A DNA stretch of 63,386 nucleotides, filler included, from Sphacelaria rigidula (taxonomy: Eukaryota): NCBI GenBank assembly GCA_964200075.2. It is 7 parts of 7 records of this genome, joined end to end, with 100 filler letters (N's around TTAATTAATTAA, not from the genome) between each part and the next. Parts side by side here need not be neighbours in the genome. Positions count along the whole stretch, not along the records: positions 9,071 to 18,040 come from CAXNAA020009616.1; positions 18,141 to 27,110 come from CAXNAA020009617.1; 5 more parts are not named here. One strand, written 5' to 3'. The translations under genes were made by a program, and so were the position numbers. This document shows, in pieces, positions 12,745 to 25,137 of the stretch (within the stretch, counting starts at the first letter, position 1; the number at the start of each line of letters is the position of its first letter). Under the pieces are notes generated by a model, which was not told where the DNA came from, did no database searches, and saw only the letters and a list, made by a program, of their open reading frames with translations.

Positions 12745-13859
12745 CTAATTACGCACAAGAGAATACGGCAGAACGAACACAGGAATAAAAATAAGGTTTC
12801 GGAAATATTCGTGGGATGCTGCTTGAGGGTGTAGCTGGTCACGACAAAAACGAAACAGACGAAGAGTTTCGCGTGTATATGAAATGCAGCCCCGAGTGCC
12901 TCCTTTCAAAGGAAAACAGCAGACAGAAGAGGGAATGGGCTTCAGATTGCGGGACGATTGTATGCATGAAATCTGAGCGGTCCGTGCCTGATAAGACGAG
13001 CTGCGTTCAGATTCACTAGCACGTAGCCGTAATAACAGCAGTCAAGCGTACGAGGCGGAATGCAACCCCCCCTGGGCACGAGACCATTTCGGAGCAACAC
13101 CTCGTTGACAGTACTTCCTCCCTCCACCCCCGACCGCCGCCGGAATAGGGATGGTCGTGTCGGAGAACAAAACCGAATCAAGCCAGCAACACAATCAGGA
13201 GTGTAACATGACCTGCAGACTGTTCTGCTTCAGAGGTGACAAAAATATAGAGACTAGGCGGTGGGTTATGTCGACGGTGTTGGGCTCGAAGCTGAATTCT
13301 GCAGCTGCTAAGTTCTGCCCAGAGCTAGGACACTGTCGCGGAAAACGCATCAATAGAGATGAAACACGAGTGAGTGCAGATCCGGCAGACTGCTGCCCGG
13401 GCAATAGTGCGGGAAAGGGGTCTACGAACAGACAATGCCGACAAAGGTGAAAAAACGATCGATACCACTCTTACCGACGACAACATTGGCGTCTACTGCA
13501 GAATCTTGTACTGTTATTGCAACATACACCTTCCATTGTCCAAGGTGTGGTGCATTGTCCTCGACAGGAAAGGAAGACCTGGCCATGCTGAGGCTATTTT
13601 CGCAAAATTGCGGAACAATTCATGTGAAGACAACAACAACAATGGGTTGAAACATCGTGGGACTGCAATAGGGACGTCGACCAGGAAAAAATGAGTTTGT
13701 CGCCGCGGAATACCACATCTTCTGCTGCGGGGCGGGGGAAGACAACAGAAGGGCTGCACAGCATGTGGAGGTGGGTAAGTGGTCAAGGAGTCGATCATCA
13801 ACAAAGCTACGTGGACACAGGTGTCTACCCGAGAGCACCTCATGTCGATGACGACTGAA

Positions 13860-16200
13860 CTACCGGGCAAAGCGAACACCGTCACTTTTGAAGTTGCCTA
13901 CTCTCCCGCAGACACGCCACAGTCAGGGTAAGAAAGGGACATATTCTCAACTAACTTGAGACAGCACGTTGACCCGAGTTCTCCGCAGTGACCACCTGTT
14001 CCTATTGATAGGTGCGAACGCTTGGACCGGGGTAAGAGCAGTACAAGAGACTCGTAAACCTATACGGGCATACAGCAGGGACTACCGAGTCAGCGCGAGC
14101 GACGGATCCGCTGTGCTACACCTTGCAGCTGATAACAGGCTTGCTCAGGTTCCCACATTTTTCTACTACACCCTGGGGGTGTCACGCCGCGTGTGTTGAA
14201 CATTATTACGACCCGCCCTGCGGTCAAGGCACGTATTGAGCGCGAAATCACTCGGCAAGCTAACCACCAGCGTGTTTAAAATATCACCGCCCGCCCACAA
14301 CCGCCCGACTCGTCGGACTTAAAGCAGAGCGTACAGCATCGTGTGTGCTACAGTACGATTCCTTAGCAGATTTACACTCAACAGACAACGGCGAGCCCCC
14401 ACTGCACGCGAACTCCATAATCCATAGACAGGCGAGTAGCAACGTCTGGCGGACGGAAATGACCATCACGCAGCGTATCCTCAGGGAGCTCAAGCACGGC
14501 AACACCGGACACACCGTCGGTGGATTAGCTGCCAACTTTGTCGGCATACTAATATGATGAGCCGGGAAGGAAACGCCATGTCCGACCCGACAGCCCCGTG
14601 AACAAGGCACGTTCGAGGATGCTATGATCCCAGCCGAGTTCGATGTGGCCTGGAATGAGCACACGAGGGCAATGATGGCGATGCGAGTAGGACCGGCCGG
14701 AAGCCGCGCACGGCGCACCTTACAAAAATCGTGCAGGAGGTTCAAGGGTGATCTGAGCTTGGTTGGACAAGTCCTTGGGCGTGATGCGATGGAACTGGGG
14801 AAGTACACAGGAGTTGGGAACATGAAGGGCTGGTGTAGGTATCTTCCGAAAGGATGGAGATTGACGGGGAAGAATGCTGCAAGGCAAGCAGTGCGTCAAG
14901 GAGGAAGAGAGAAAATTGCTACGACAAAGGCATCCGATCCATTATGTATGGGGGCGGCATTTCTTTATATTGGTCAAGACAAAATCGATAACTCTCAATC
15001 CAACAAAGGCGTGATGGGGAGTTGTTCTAAAAAGTCGTAAAGTCATGGCCAACGAGCTCAGTAACTTTCACGAGTAGGCCGGGAATGTTCCAGATAACCT
15101 CACGGATTGCGGCGCCAACGATCAACCACCGATAACATGCTCATCGTACGCCAACTGCAGGGGTTGGGGTGGGCGAGCAACATCCCACTGAACAAGTGCT
15201 TCGTCGATCTGCAGAAGGAGCACGACTTCGCAGACGGCACACTTTTGCAGGGCCGACTCGTCCGTTCTAGAGTCCCGCCGCAGATGATGGAGGTCATATG
15301 TCGTGGGTTCCACGATGGCACGCGAGCTCGCATACAGCTGGATGATGACTAACTATCAGAGTGGTTGCACTTCTGGCAGGAACTCAGGGTTTTTCAACTT
15401 GTCTACTATTGGTCAACATTTTCGGCGTAGCAATGGTTGACGTGATATCACAGCGTTCCACTCCAGACCCGACCATGGTACCACCCATGATATATGTGGA
15501 TGATACGCCAACTAGTCAGGATAGTGACCCCGGCAAAAACACGTCGCTGGAGAGGGTGAGAGAATGGGAAGCGCGGCGTGGGCAATGCTGTATGCGGATC
15601 ACACAGGCACAATCTGGAGGTCTCCAGGCGGGCTTCCAGGGACGATGGCTGTGATAGTAGTGATCTACCATGACTTCGGGACTCATAGTGTTGGGAAACA
15701 AGCCAGAGGTCATGCTTCTGTAGTCAGCACCGACCTTCCCAAAGACAGCGCTGCACATCCAAGCAGCGAGCCAACGGTATCAGCGGGAGGCAGAGTTTGT
15801 CTACCTCGATGCTGTCAGCCGAGGCGCGAATGTTTCAATATTTCTATCGAAACTAAGCGACACATCAGTGCAACGTGGGTACGTCTCCAAGAGCATAGCT
15901 CCAAACTTTGTTGTCGACCCAAATGCGAGAGTGTGAAGACCGCCTCTCGCGAGCGTCGACTTTTACTCACGGGAGCCCTCGAGGAAGAACGAAGAGAATG
16001 GTTCGCCTACAGTGTTGAGGCCAAAGACTCGCAAGATCGGCCCACTGCCGACAGGAACGTGAGCCAAAGGCACTTGGGCGTTGAGGAAGGGGCGGGGGAG
16101 TTCGTAGAGGCGTGGCGACGCGAAGACCTCGGCCATTTCGATCTACACCATACGCAAGAGGCTGCTGCGTTGAGAGCGAACAAAAAAGAGAGGTAAGTCG
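13860..16200 (+). mobile_element. Degenerate RTE-like LINE (APE endonuclease and RT remnants) inside the FHA-gene intron, antisense to the gene
   Basis: APE-like KANTVTFEVAYSP and SDHLFLLIGANAWTG..ADNRLAQVPTFF; RT-like RRQRSTTDNMLIVRQLQ, CFVDLQKEHD and WAMLYADH; the C-terminus resembles the LINE at 2173-4366. Confidence 0.85.
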
Positions 16201-16214
16201 CTACCGCTGATATA

Positions 16215-16247
<33 letters not shown>

Positions 16248-16863
16248 GCCCGCGGGGAATCCAAGATAGAAATGATTCAACGTGATCCTTTTGCAGCTGA
16301 CTAAGGATGAAGTGTGGAACGGGGGTGACGCGTGAACAAGTACCCCTGCTTTTCCCATCGGTTGTTAAACTATCTCCCTGGCATGCATCTCCACCAATGT
16401 TTTCTAGCTATGTTTCTGGTTCTTGTTTTGCATTGTATCTCAGTTTCTGCTCTTTTCCCCTTACGAAGGCATCTCGCTCGGGCAGCGCTGGCGCGTGAGA
16501 GTGCCTGCCCAAAGAGTGCAGTCCTCAGAGAGCTGAGTCGCGACCTACTTTCGCGGCATTAATTTTTACACGGCCTTCTTTACCCTAGGTCCCAGAAGCA
16601 GCTTGTCGGGTTTTTCTCGGAGGATACTAGATCTTAGCCAGATGTTTTCTTTCGCATCTCGTTCCTTTCCTCTCCCTTCTCGTGTTTTTTTCTTCCTCTA
16701 TTTTTTTTCATATTTTCGTTTTCTTTATTGTGCCACTTTTATCGAGTTTGAAGCGAGTAATTCCGTTTTTCTTCACCTCAGAGACATCTATGTTGCACAC
16801 CCTGGACAATACAATACGTTATCAAATAGTGCACTGCCTACAGTATCGACTATTGCATCTATT

Positions 16864-17122
16864 CACGGGTCGGACGAATTAATGATTCGTCTGGAAAATA
16901 CTTGATTTTAGTACGATTGATTCGTCCCGTACGAGTCGATCCTTAGGCTTTGTTTTCAGCGTTGCAACCCAGGTACGCGCAGCCCAGGCACGTGGAATGG
17001 CGCAAAAATTGCGTGGAGACCTTCTTGACCACCGGTAATTTATTTTTCTCTTTGTTGAGCAATCAGGCCTGAAAAATCGTGGATTTGGTTATCCCAACCG
17101 GGGATGATTCGTCCGAACCGCG
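16864..17122. mobile_element. 259-bp MITE with CAC(G)G..GGACGAAT TIRs and a perfect 8-bp TSD (CATCTATT)
   Basis: CACGGGTCGGACGAAT ... GATTCGTCCGAACCGCG; CATCTATT at 16856-16863 and 17123-17130; a second copy lies inverted at 36026-36180. Confidence 0.85.
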
Positions 17123-17528
17123 CATCTATTACATTAGAAGGTAGATTCCATACACTACGCAGTACATTTTCCGACAAGGTGACATATTGTCAAATCCAGC
17201 GTGTTCTATCTTGCGACTGCTGGATTTGTAGCGGATCAGTTCATGTTAACGTGCGATGATCAATCAAACCAATCAGTTCCGGCGGTCGATTCGACTGGGC
17301 CAAGGTCGTTACCATTAACACTGTGGGGCAGTGCTTGGCCGATATGAGAAAATGCTACATTTTTGGGCAGTGCTACACTGTAATCAATATACACCCGATA
17401 CCGCACAAACAAATCGTGACAAGAGTGGTGCACAAACAGCACTTTTGACCTTCTTTTGCGCCATGGTCTCATCGAGGTTTTGCTGCACAATCTCGCGCCC
17501 TAGGGGTCGACCACGACTCACGCCGCAC

Positions 17529-17656
17529 CTGTGGGACACCTCTAAGTCATCTTCAAGCCTCAGGCCGCTCTTCTTAGGAGCACCTCGTCCTATCCGTACA
17601 TCACTCCCACTCGCCTCAACGCGAAGCGTGTGTCCCTTGTGGGGGCCCGCAGTGAC
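17529..17656 (-). CDS. Internal exon of an FHA-domain protein (N-terminal half of the FHA)
   Basis: CAG|GTC..AG|GTGCGG; VTAGPHKGHTLRVEASGSDVRIGRGAPKKSGLRLEDDLEVSHR has the FHA IGR motif and the start of S..H. Confidence 0.85.
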
Positions 17657-18040
17657 CTGCCCGCAGAGGAGGGGGGGCGCAGCAGGTAGGACGCACAGCA
17701 AAATTGAACTGTTTCCGTTCGCCACAGTTCCAGAAGGCGTAAATAGACGCGAACGAGTAAAACATCCCCCCCCCCCCCTCACACTTTGAACCCCTCCCTT
17801 TCCTCGGGTTGAGTCCGTGGTGTCAAGGGATCAGCCCATCTCCCCCCCGGTACGTGCCTTACCACGTGCCTTACCACATACGCGGATGAGACAAATATAC
17901 AGGTATTCATAGGTGCACGGCAATTGACACAAAGAGACCTGGCCGCGACCCCCCCCCCCCCCCCCCCCCACAAAAACAAACCACCCCCCCCCCACCACAA
18001 CCCACCCCAAAAAAAACATCCTACTCCGAACCCACCACAA

Positions 18041-18140
18041 NNNNNNNNNNNNNNNNNNNNNNNNNNNNNNNNNNNNNNNNNNNNTTAATTAATTAANNNN
18101 NNNNNNNNNNNNNNNNNNNNNNNNNNNNNNNNNNNNNNNN
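18041..18140. other. Artificial contig spacer
   Basis: N44-TTAATTAATTAA-N44. Confidence 0.98.
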
Positions 18141-18559
18141 TTGTTGCACGCACCACCCCGCGTGCATGAGCGGCCGAGATAAAACCGGTCGGCCTGAAAA
18201 AGGCCGTATTTTGCAGGTATTTTGCCCCCCTCCAGGGCGGGGCACTGACAAAAACAAGAGGAAAAAAACAAGAATTATCCCTGACCCCAAACCTAGCCCC
18301 CCCCCTCTACTCAACGACCCATGACGCGCCCCCCATACTAAAACCAGTATACTAATGAACCCCTACACTAAAACCCAGGCAATTCTCATAATAGTTCTCA
18401 AATATATCCCAGAAAACCCGCCAAAATACCCAATATTCGACACACTATTTCTGAGTAATTACGAATCGGCTTCATTTTTATTTTTTTTAGAGGTATCCTC
18501 AAATCCATAGCTTTTCAACAAGCCTATCGGTAGTATCGTGAGTGACTAGGTTGGCGAGA

Positions 18560-19456
18560 TATGATTTGTACCCCATAAGGACCTTTACTTATGACACAGA
18601 GGAAGTATAAATATATATATATATATTGTGTTGAGATGTCACTGGAGACATTGGAGCAGCAACATATATCTATCTTGTCATGATCGTGAAATAATGCATG
18701 ACGATATATGTTGGACATGTCTTTGCTCCGGGAACAAAACATTATATATATATATATATATGCTGTTCATGCCGGCATTGTATGTATTGAAATGTCAATA
18801 TGAATTGAGTCGAAGCGATGCATAGCATATTTTTGTCATAATACATATATTGAACAAGAAACCACGTAAAAGTATTGTTATTCCAATATGTATGGCACAC
18901 GCTCATCGTATAGCTTTTGTGCAGCGAATATATTGTGAGCACGCTCGCGGAGGATATATCGAGCGTTCTCGGCATGTGGTGATACATTTTTCAATGGCGC
19001 CCGCGAACATCAAACTGCCCACGATACTACTTATAATACACTTTCCAGTACACATATTGAACAATCAATACATATATATATATATATATTGCTACACCAG
19101 TATGTATATTGTGAGAATCGGTTCCGTCGTGTATTGTTCGACCAATGTATTTTGGACGCATCGACGTTCGACATAATGGGGCGGCAACAAATATACTGGC
19201 GCGTCGTGTGTTGAGTATATTGAATCGTCAATATATATTGACCTCGCGTGTCGTGGTATATTGTTCGGTCGATATATATTGCATGTTGCGAGCCTTGATA
19301 TATTTATGGCAAATATATATATATATATGTGTGTGTAGATTGACCTGTCTCTCCTGCTGTTATATTTTTCGCAAAATATATTTTGACCACCCGACGCGTC
19401 GATATTGAGCAGACAATATTTATATGTATTTCATATGTTGTATTGTCCAGTGTGTG
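18560..19456. mobile_element. AT-rich subterminal region of a CACAC(C/A)CTGGACAATAC element with recurrent ATATATTG motifs
   Basis: Many ATATATTG/CAATATAT motifs; the region ends in GTATTGTCCAGTGTGTG, the reverse complement of the terminus at 7357 and 16796 with one mismatch. Confidence 0.55.
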
Positions 19457-22400
19457 AAATGTATCCACTGCAGGGGTCGATTGACACGACTGATGTAGTC
19501 GATCAAAAGACATGGCCAAGCCGATCAGGATGTTGAAGAAGTGTATTGCCCTGAACCCAGAAAAAACAAAGAGAAGAAAGTGATGAGATGAGCGGAAGCA
19601 CCACTGATACCCATGAACGACCAACTAGACAGCACCTATGTGGGTCCCACACACGCCAAGTATGGCAGCAATTCCACCGCATGTACCGGTTAAAACATCT
19701 AACACTAATGCAATACTTGAGATATCATTCAGATACCCCGAGTGGTTATATTCTACCTTTGCTACTCACTCATTAGATGGTGTATGCTACTTCATATGTT
19801 GGTGGATGCTGAAACGTCAAGAAAACGCACAGCAAAACATTTTTCCAACCCAACTCCGCGCCAGCAGCTAAACTTGGCGTCCCCCGCCTTCCCACCTAGG
19901 GCAATCCACGGCACCGTTTATCAAGTCATATGGCACGAAAAACGCTTCCGACTCTTCAGTTCGAGAGCGGGCCGCTTGGAGCAACAGCGTCAGCGGCAAT
20001 TCCATCCTCTCCCGTAGACATGATCCTGCTAGGCTTTCGTGGTATAGTGGTATCCCAACAGCAGTCCGCGCACGGCAGCTAGATGTGAAGTGCAGAGAGT
20101 GGTGAGGTAGACCGCCGAGCAGGCGCGCGCGCGGGATTCGCGGGTTTTGAAAAAGGGGGCCGCACGAGAGATTGTCGTGTATTAGCTGTATGTAGGCACC
20201 CCCAATCGCCCCGCACCCCCCAAAACGTCAGGCCGGCGTTGGTTTACCCTTGCCTTAGAGGGCCTCTCCCGTAATTCCTGGGTTCGTCTCGTCTAAATAA
20301 GGCATATCAGGCACAAACACCATCTCAGGCAACCGCGTTTTTAAAGGGAACTTTATGGCATAAAGTAAGGAATGCTTGAGTGGTCAGGGCCTACCCTCCG
20401 CACAACACACGTCATCCAACAGGTGCTTTCGGAAACAAAATCACACCTGTTCTCATTCAGAGACAATCCCCGAAACTTCAGTCGAGCAGATGCACCAGTT
20501 CTTTCAATAGTTATACCGGAATCATTATCTGAACACTATCTAGGAACTTGGTGACATGCATAAGATCCTCATCAGCATATCCAAGGTTCAATGAAGCTGG
20601 GTCAAACTAGAAGAATATATATTTATTTACTTGGCAAGCAGAACATGGACACGGACATCTTATGCCTTGGAATGCTAAGTAATATACAGCGCATAGTGAG
20701 CTTCGGTTCAGGCAATCCTACGTCACGCTTGTAAAGAGTACGCAGTCATAACCTTCAGTTGAGATTGATTTCTCCAATATCCTTCATGAACATCTGCAGC
20801 TCGACTGTGCGGATCATGAAGTACACATTGACCGAGTTTTCAAAGCCTCAAGATACAAATATTCGAACAAGAAACAGGAAAATCTCACTCAATTATCTAC
20901 CAATGACAGTATATCGAATTCATACATCGCGATTCGGCGGAGCGATGTTTCTCGACACCCTCTAGCACACACAATCAAGCACATAGCCATCGTCTCCGAA
21001 TAGCTTTTTCGCGACCCGGCGGAGTGAAGTTTCTCGACGTGTTTCAACATGCGTAGCCACAAGCACAAAATGACGTCATTGCCCCCTCCCTCCTCCCCAT
21101 TTTTGTCGGGAATAATCTACTTTCATCTCACTCTCTCGCACCCCACCCGTCTCGACCGACGGGACCCGGGCTGCCGCATCGCTGACCATTAGTTTCTCCC
21201 TTACCAATTTCCATCGAGAGGAGATCCCTGAAGCGGGAGTTGTGCCTGTTGGCTGGTTGCGATCCACCCAAAAGTCAAGTCGACACCCATCACGGGGGGA
21301 GTTTGGGTATCGAGCCTCACCGGAAAGTAAGCCTCGACAAGGGATGAGGGGCGTGGAAATATCCAGAAGCGTATCAGTCTCCAGGTTTCATAACTGGTTA
21401 CATGTTACTCCACCAAACGTTGCACTCAACAACCCAAAATACCATTCCTCGAAGCCCTGAATGTCAACAGTCATCGGTACTTACGTCAGTTTATACGTAA
21501 TATTATTTGTGTAGCATGCTCTGCGTCTCACGCTCGCTGGTATGTATTCCTGAATTCGTCTGCGATAATCCAACTAACAATCAAAAGCAGGCGATGCCAG
21601 ATGCAGTGTTGTTCAGGGATGTTGTGTGAACGTGCTTGTGTACTCTGTGATGGATCCAGTTCTGCCAACTTACAGCTCGGCCACCAACCAACAACCAGTG
21701 ACGCTTCACACTTGATTTTTAGCATGCTGTGCTAGCATACCTGTACACCGCACATGATTTTTGTCCCGTCAACTTACAGCTTGACCAATAACCAAACTGG
21801 GTGAAACGTAACATTTTTGTTTTGGACGTGATGCTGTAACAATTTGCAGCATTTCCTGTTTGTTCAGGTCATGCTGTAATATGCTTTGCCTACCACATGA
21901 TGGTTCTAGTTTTGCCAGCTTACAATTCTACAAGCGACCAAAACGGGTGCACTGTTGCATTTCATTTATTCTATGTCATACTTCAACGTGTCTGTCGCCG
22001 TACCACGCACAGTTTCAACCCTGTCAGCATTTTCAACTCGATGAGCAACGAGTAATATCATATGCTCATCTTAGTTTGTACCCTAGCCGTGACCAATCGC
22101 ACTTTTGCACCTCTCGTGTCTCCTCCGTTTAGGGAACCGGAATCTCTCCAGCTTACGACGAGAAGTGCCACTCTCTGCTCTGTAAAGAAACGAAGGACTA
22201 AGCAGCATCATCAAACCAAACCAAAGTGACTCTTCGGAGTATGTATTTCGGATACTACTGGTTGTTGCCAATCGCATAGCCATATTGTGCAGTACCCTGC
22301 GGCTCGGGACTCTACTGAGATAATTCAACACCGATACCATATTTGAGATCAAATCAGGAGAGTAGCATCCTACCCACAGTGCACCTATCGAGACAATTAA

Positions 22401-22529
22401 CACAATCCGCCAGCGACCATTCTGGTTGGCAGACCGTGCCCCGCAACCCGCACTGAAGAGTTGACGGAAACTGTAGCACATTTGAGCTGGGTCGGCATGC
22501 CTTACGCAGATGGTCCCTTACAAGAGAAG

Positions 22530-23100
22530 TCTACCCGCAGATAGCATCAGGTACAGATATTATCTGTCAAGTCAGGCAATTCTACCCAAATTCATCGCGA
22601 CAACGAGGACACTCCATCCTCAACCAGCCGAGCTAGGAAACGATAACCTACACTTACAGGGTAGATGGAAAGTGCAATGCGCTAGCGTTGAGAACGGGAC
22701 ACCCATTTAACCATGGTCTGAACACCGGTCAGATACGGATATCATCATGCAATCGAGTTACCACCCGATGTGACAACAAACACACTCCATCGTCAACCAA
22801 CCGCGCTAGGGAACGTTAACCTACACTTGCGGGGAGGACGGAAGGTCCAATACATGGGCGTTGACATAGGTACATCCAATAAATATGGTCCCGACACCGG
22901 TCAAGTCTTTCCGCAGGCAGCTGCAGATACCGACGTCATCATTCAATTGTCTTCTCCCTATCGTGATGATGGGAACATTTCATCAACCAACCCAGCTAGG
23001 ATACAGTGCTCTGAGACCTACACTGTTTGGGCAAATGAAAGTGTAATACACTGGCGTTGAGAATAACAGACCGTTTGAATATGATCAACACCGGTCATGG
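22530..23100. repeat. Three diverged tandem units of ~170-190 bp
   Basis: TCAACCA..GCTAGG..ACCTACACT..GCGTTGA..ACACCGGTCA recurs at about 22620, 22793 and 22983. Confidence 0.7.
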
Positions 23101-25137
23101 TCATCGACATACCCAGCTTAGCAGTCTTTCATGTTTTACATCACACGTGATGTTCGGGCGGGCAGTCGTATAGTACAAGATCTGGGTTTCGGCGTTGTCT
23201 CAAATACTTCTACAAACATAGCCACAGGTCGGAACACATTAACTATCCTCTCGAGGAACTCCGTCCCGCCGAGATAACAAAGCACACCAAGTAGCTTCTC
23301 CAGTCCAACGATCGACTTAGATAAGATGTTCTCACATTCCGAACCGACTGTTGGAACATGTACAGCATATTACAATGCCACAAATCTTATTCCCATATGC
23401 GTCTGGAACACGCTGATGAGCACCCCCCTGCAGACACGCTTACCCCCACTATTGCGTTCCGTCCCCGTGGGTATCATGTAACTGATTTGGATTCACTCAA
23501 AGATAATCAGAATTCATCACCGCGAGGATCATCACGGAAACATGAATCACGTTGACAACACTCATTGAACCCCGTGGCACCACGTCAGTCTTTGTAGTAC
23601 TCACTTTTGAGACAGGTGTCTCGCAATGAATCTTCTGTACCCCCTCTCTACACAACGCCTGCCTCTTGCAAAGTGTTGCACCTGAGTGGTGACGGCACTT
23701 TTGCGCAACATGCCCCCCACATATGCCATGGATACCTCAAAAACAAAGCCCACTCTGCAGGGCTGGCCGGAACTGGTCTCTGAACCGTTCGGCGTCTGGA
23801 ACCATCAGATGCCATGCCCGTGGTGGGTTGCGTCCCACCACATGACTTCTCCTTCCGACGTGCTGCAGCCAGTGGCCCTGCAGGTGGTGTCCCCAGCACT
23901 AATCGGGATTTCGCTGTCTTTTCTGTACTCGCACCCCCTCTGAAGTCTGCGTCGCTGTCTTCATCCATCTTCCTACAAGTAGTGAGTAACAAAGACCGGG
24001 TAATGAACCACGAGACTTGAGAGTGTTGCGTGATTTGTGATCCGTTTGGGGGGACCGATGAACACAATGAGTATGGCTGATCAAAGGACACGGCTGAGCC
24101 GATCAGGGTGTTGTCGGAGGGTAATACTATAACCAAACAAAACAAGGAGAGGAAAATGATGGGATGGGCGTAATCACCACGGACACCAATAGACGACCAC
24201 CTATGCAGAACGCAGGTGAGTCCTACAGACCCTAATTATGGAAGCAAACCCCATGGCATGTACCGGTCGAAAGATATAACACACAACCCCGTCAGGACCG
24301 TGCCATAACTCCAGTGCCGAAGACTTTACTGATTAGCGTGTTCATGAGGACACATACAACCGTGGACGCTGCGCCCCGGTAGTCTGATGTCAGAAACCCA
24401 TAGAGCAGTCTGCATCTCTGGGCCTGCAGTTCGGGTTTATAGCAAGTGAAGGTACAACTTATGACGATTCAGCGAAATCATAAATCATGGAATTATTTCG
24501 TTGTATATATTTTGAAATTCATGGCATCGTTCATTGAGACAACGTGTTACGCTGGATATTGAGATAAAAACCGTGTCACCATGGTCTGCCAAATGAGGAT
24601 ACTGTGAAGAAGTTTCTTGACCAAGTAGCTTGCAGTAGATCTGGTGCAGAAGCTGAAGTAACCAGCGCTTCAGTAGTATTGATTACACATGAACCGCATA
24701 TGCTCCCTGAGGATGAGTCCCGGTCAGCGCACGAACGTGAGCCGCGGTCACATCACTACTGTTCTACTTTTTTTCACTCACACCATATGCTGCTCTGTAA
24801 CGCCATTCAAATCTTGTCCCTGTGTGAGGAAGGCGTATGTATCGCTAGAGTAGACAGAGACCTAGATTGGAGACTACCGTCCTGATGCCGAAGAAACTCC
24901 GAGGCTGGTGATGATTTCCTCTTGTATATGTAGACAAGAAGGGGGTCAGACGAGAAGTGGTCGCCGAGAGCAACCAGTTTCTGGGGGATGTTGGACCGTC
25001 TAATGTTAGGCTCTTACTGGCATCACCCCGATTAGTCTAGTGTTCGTTGGCATAACAGGGTCCTCGGTAATCTGGTCCTTCCGGACCGTTCCTGCCTTGT
25101 CCCTGCTTGTGCTGGTTCTTCATACATGTGTGGCATT

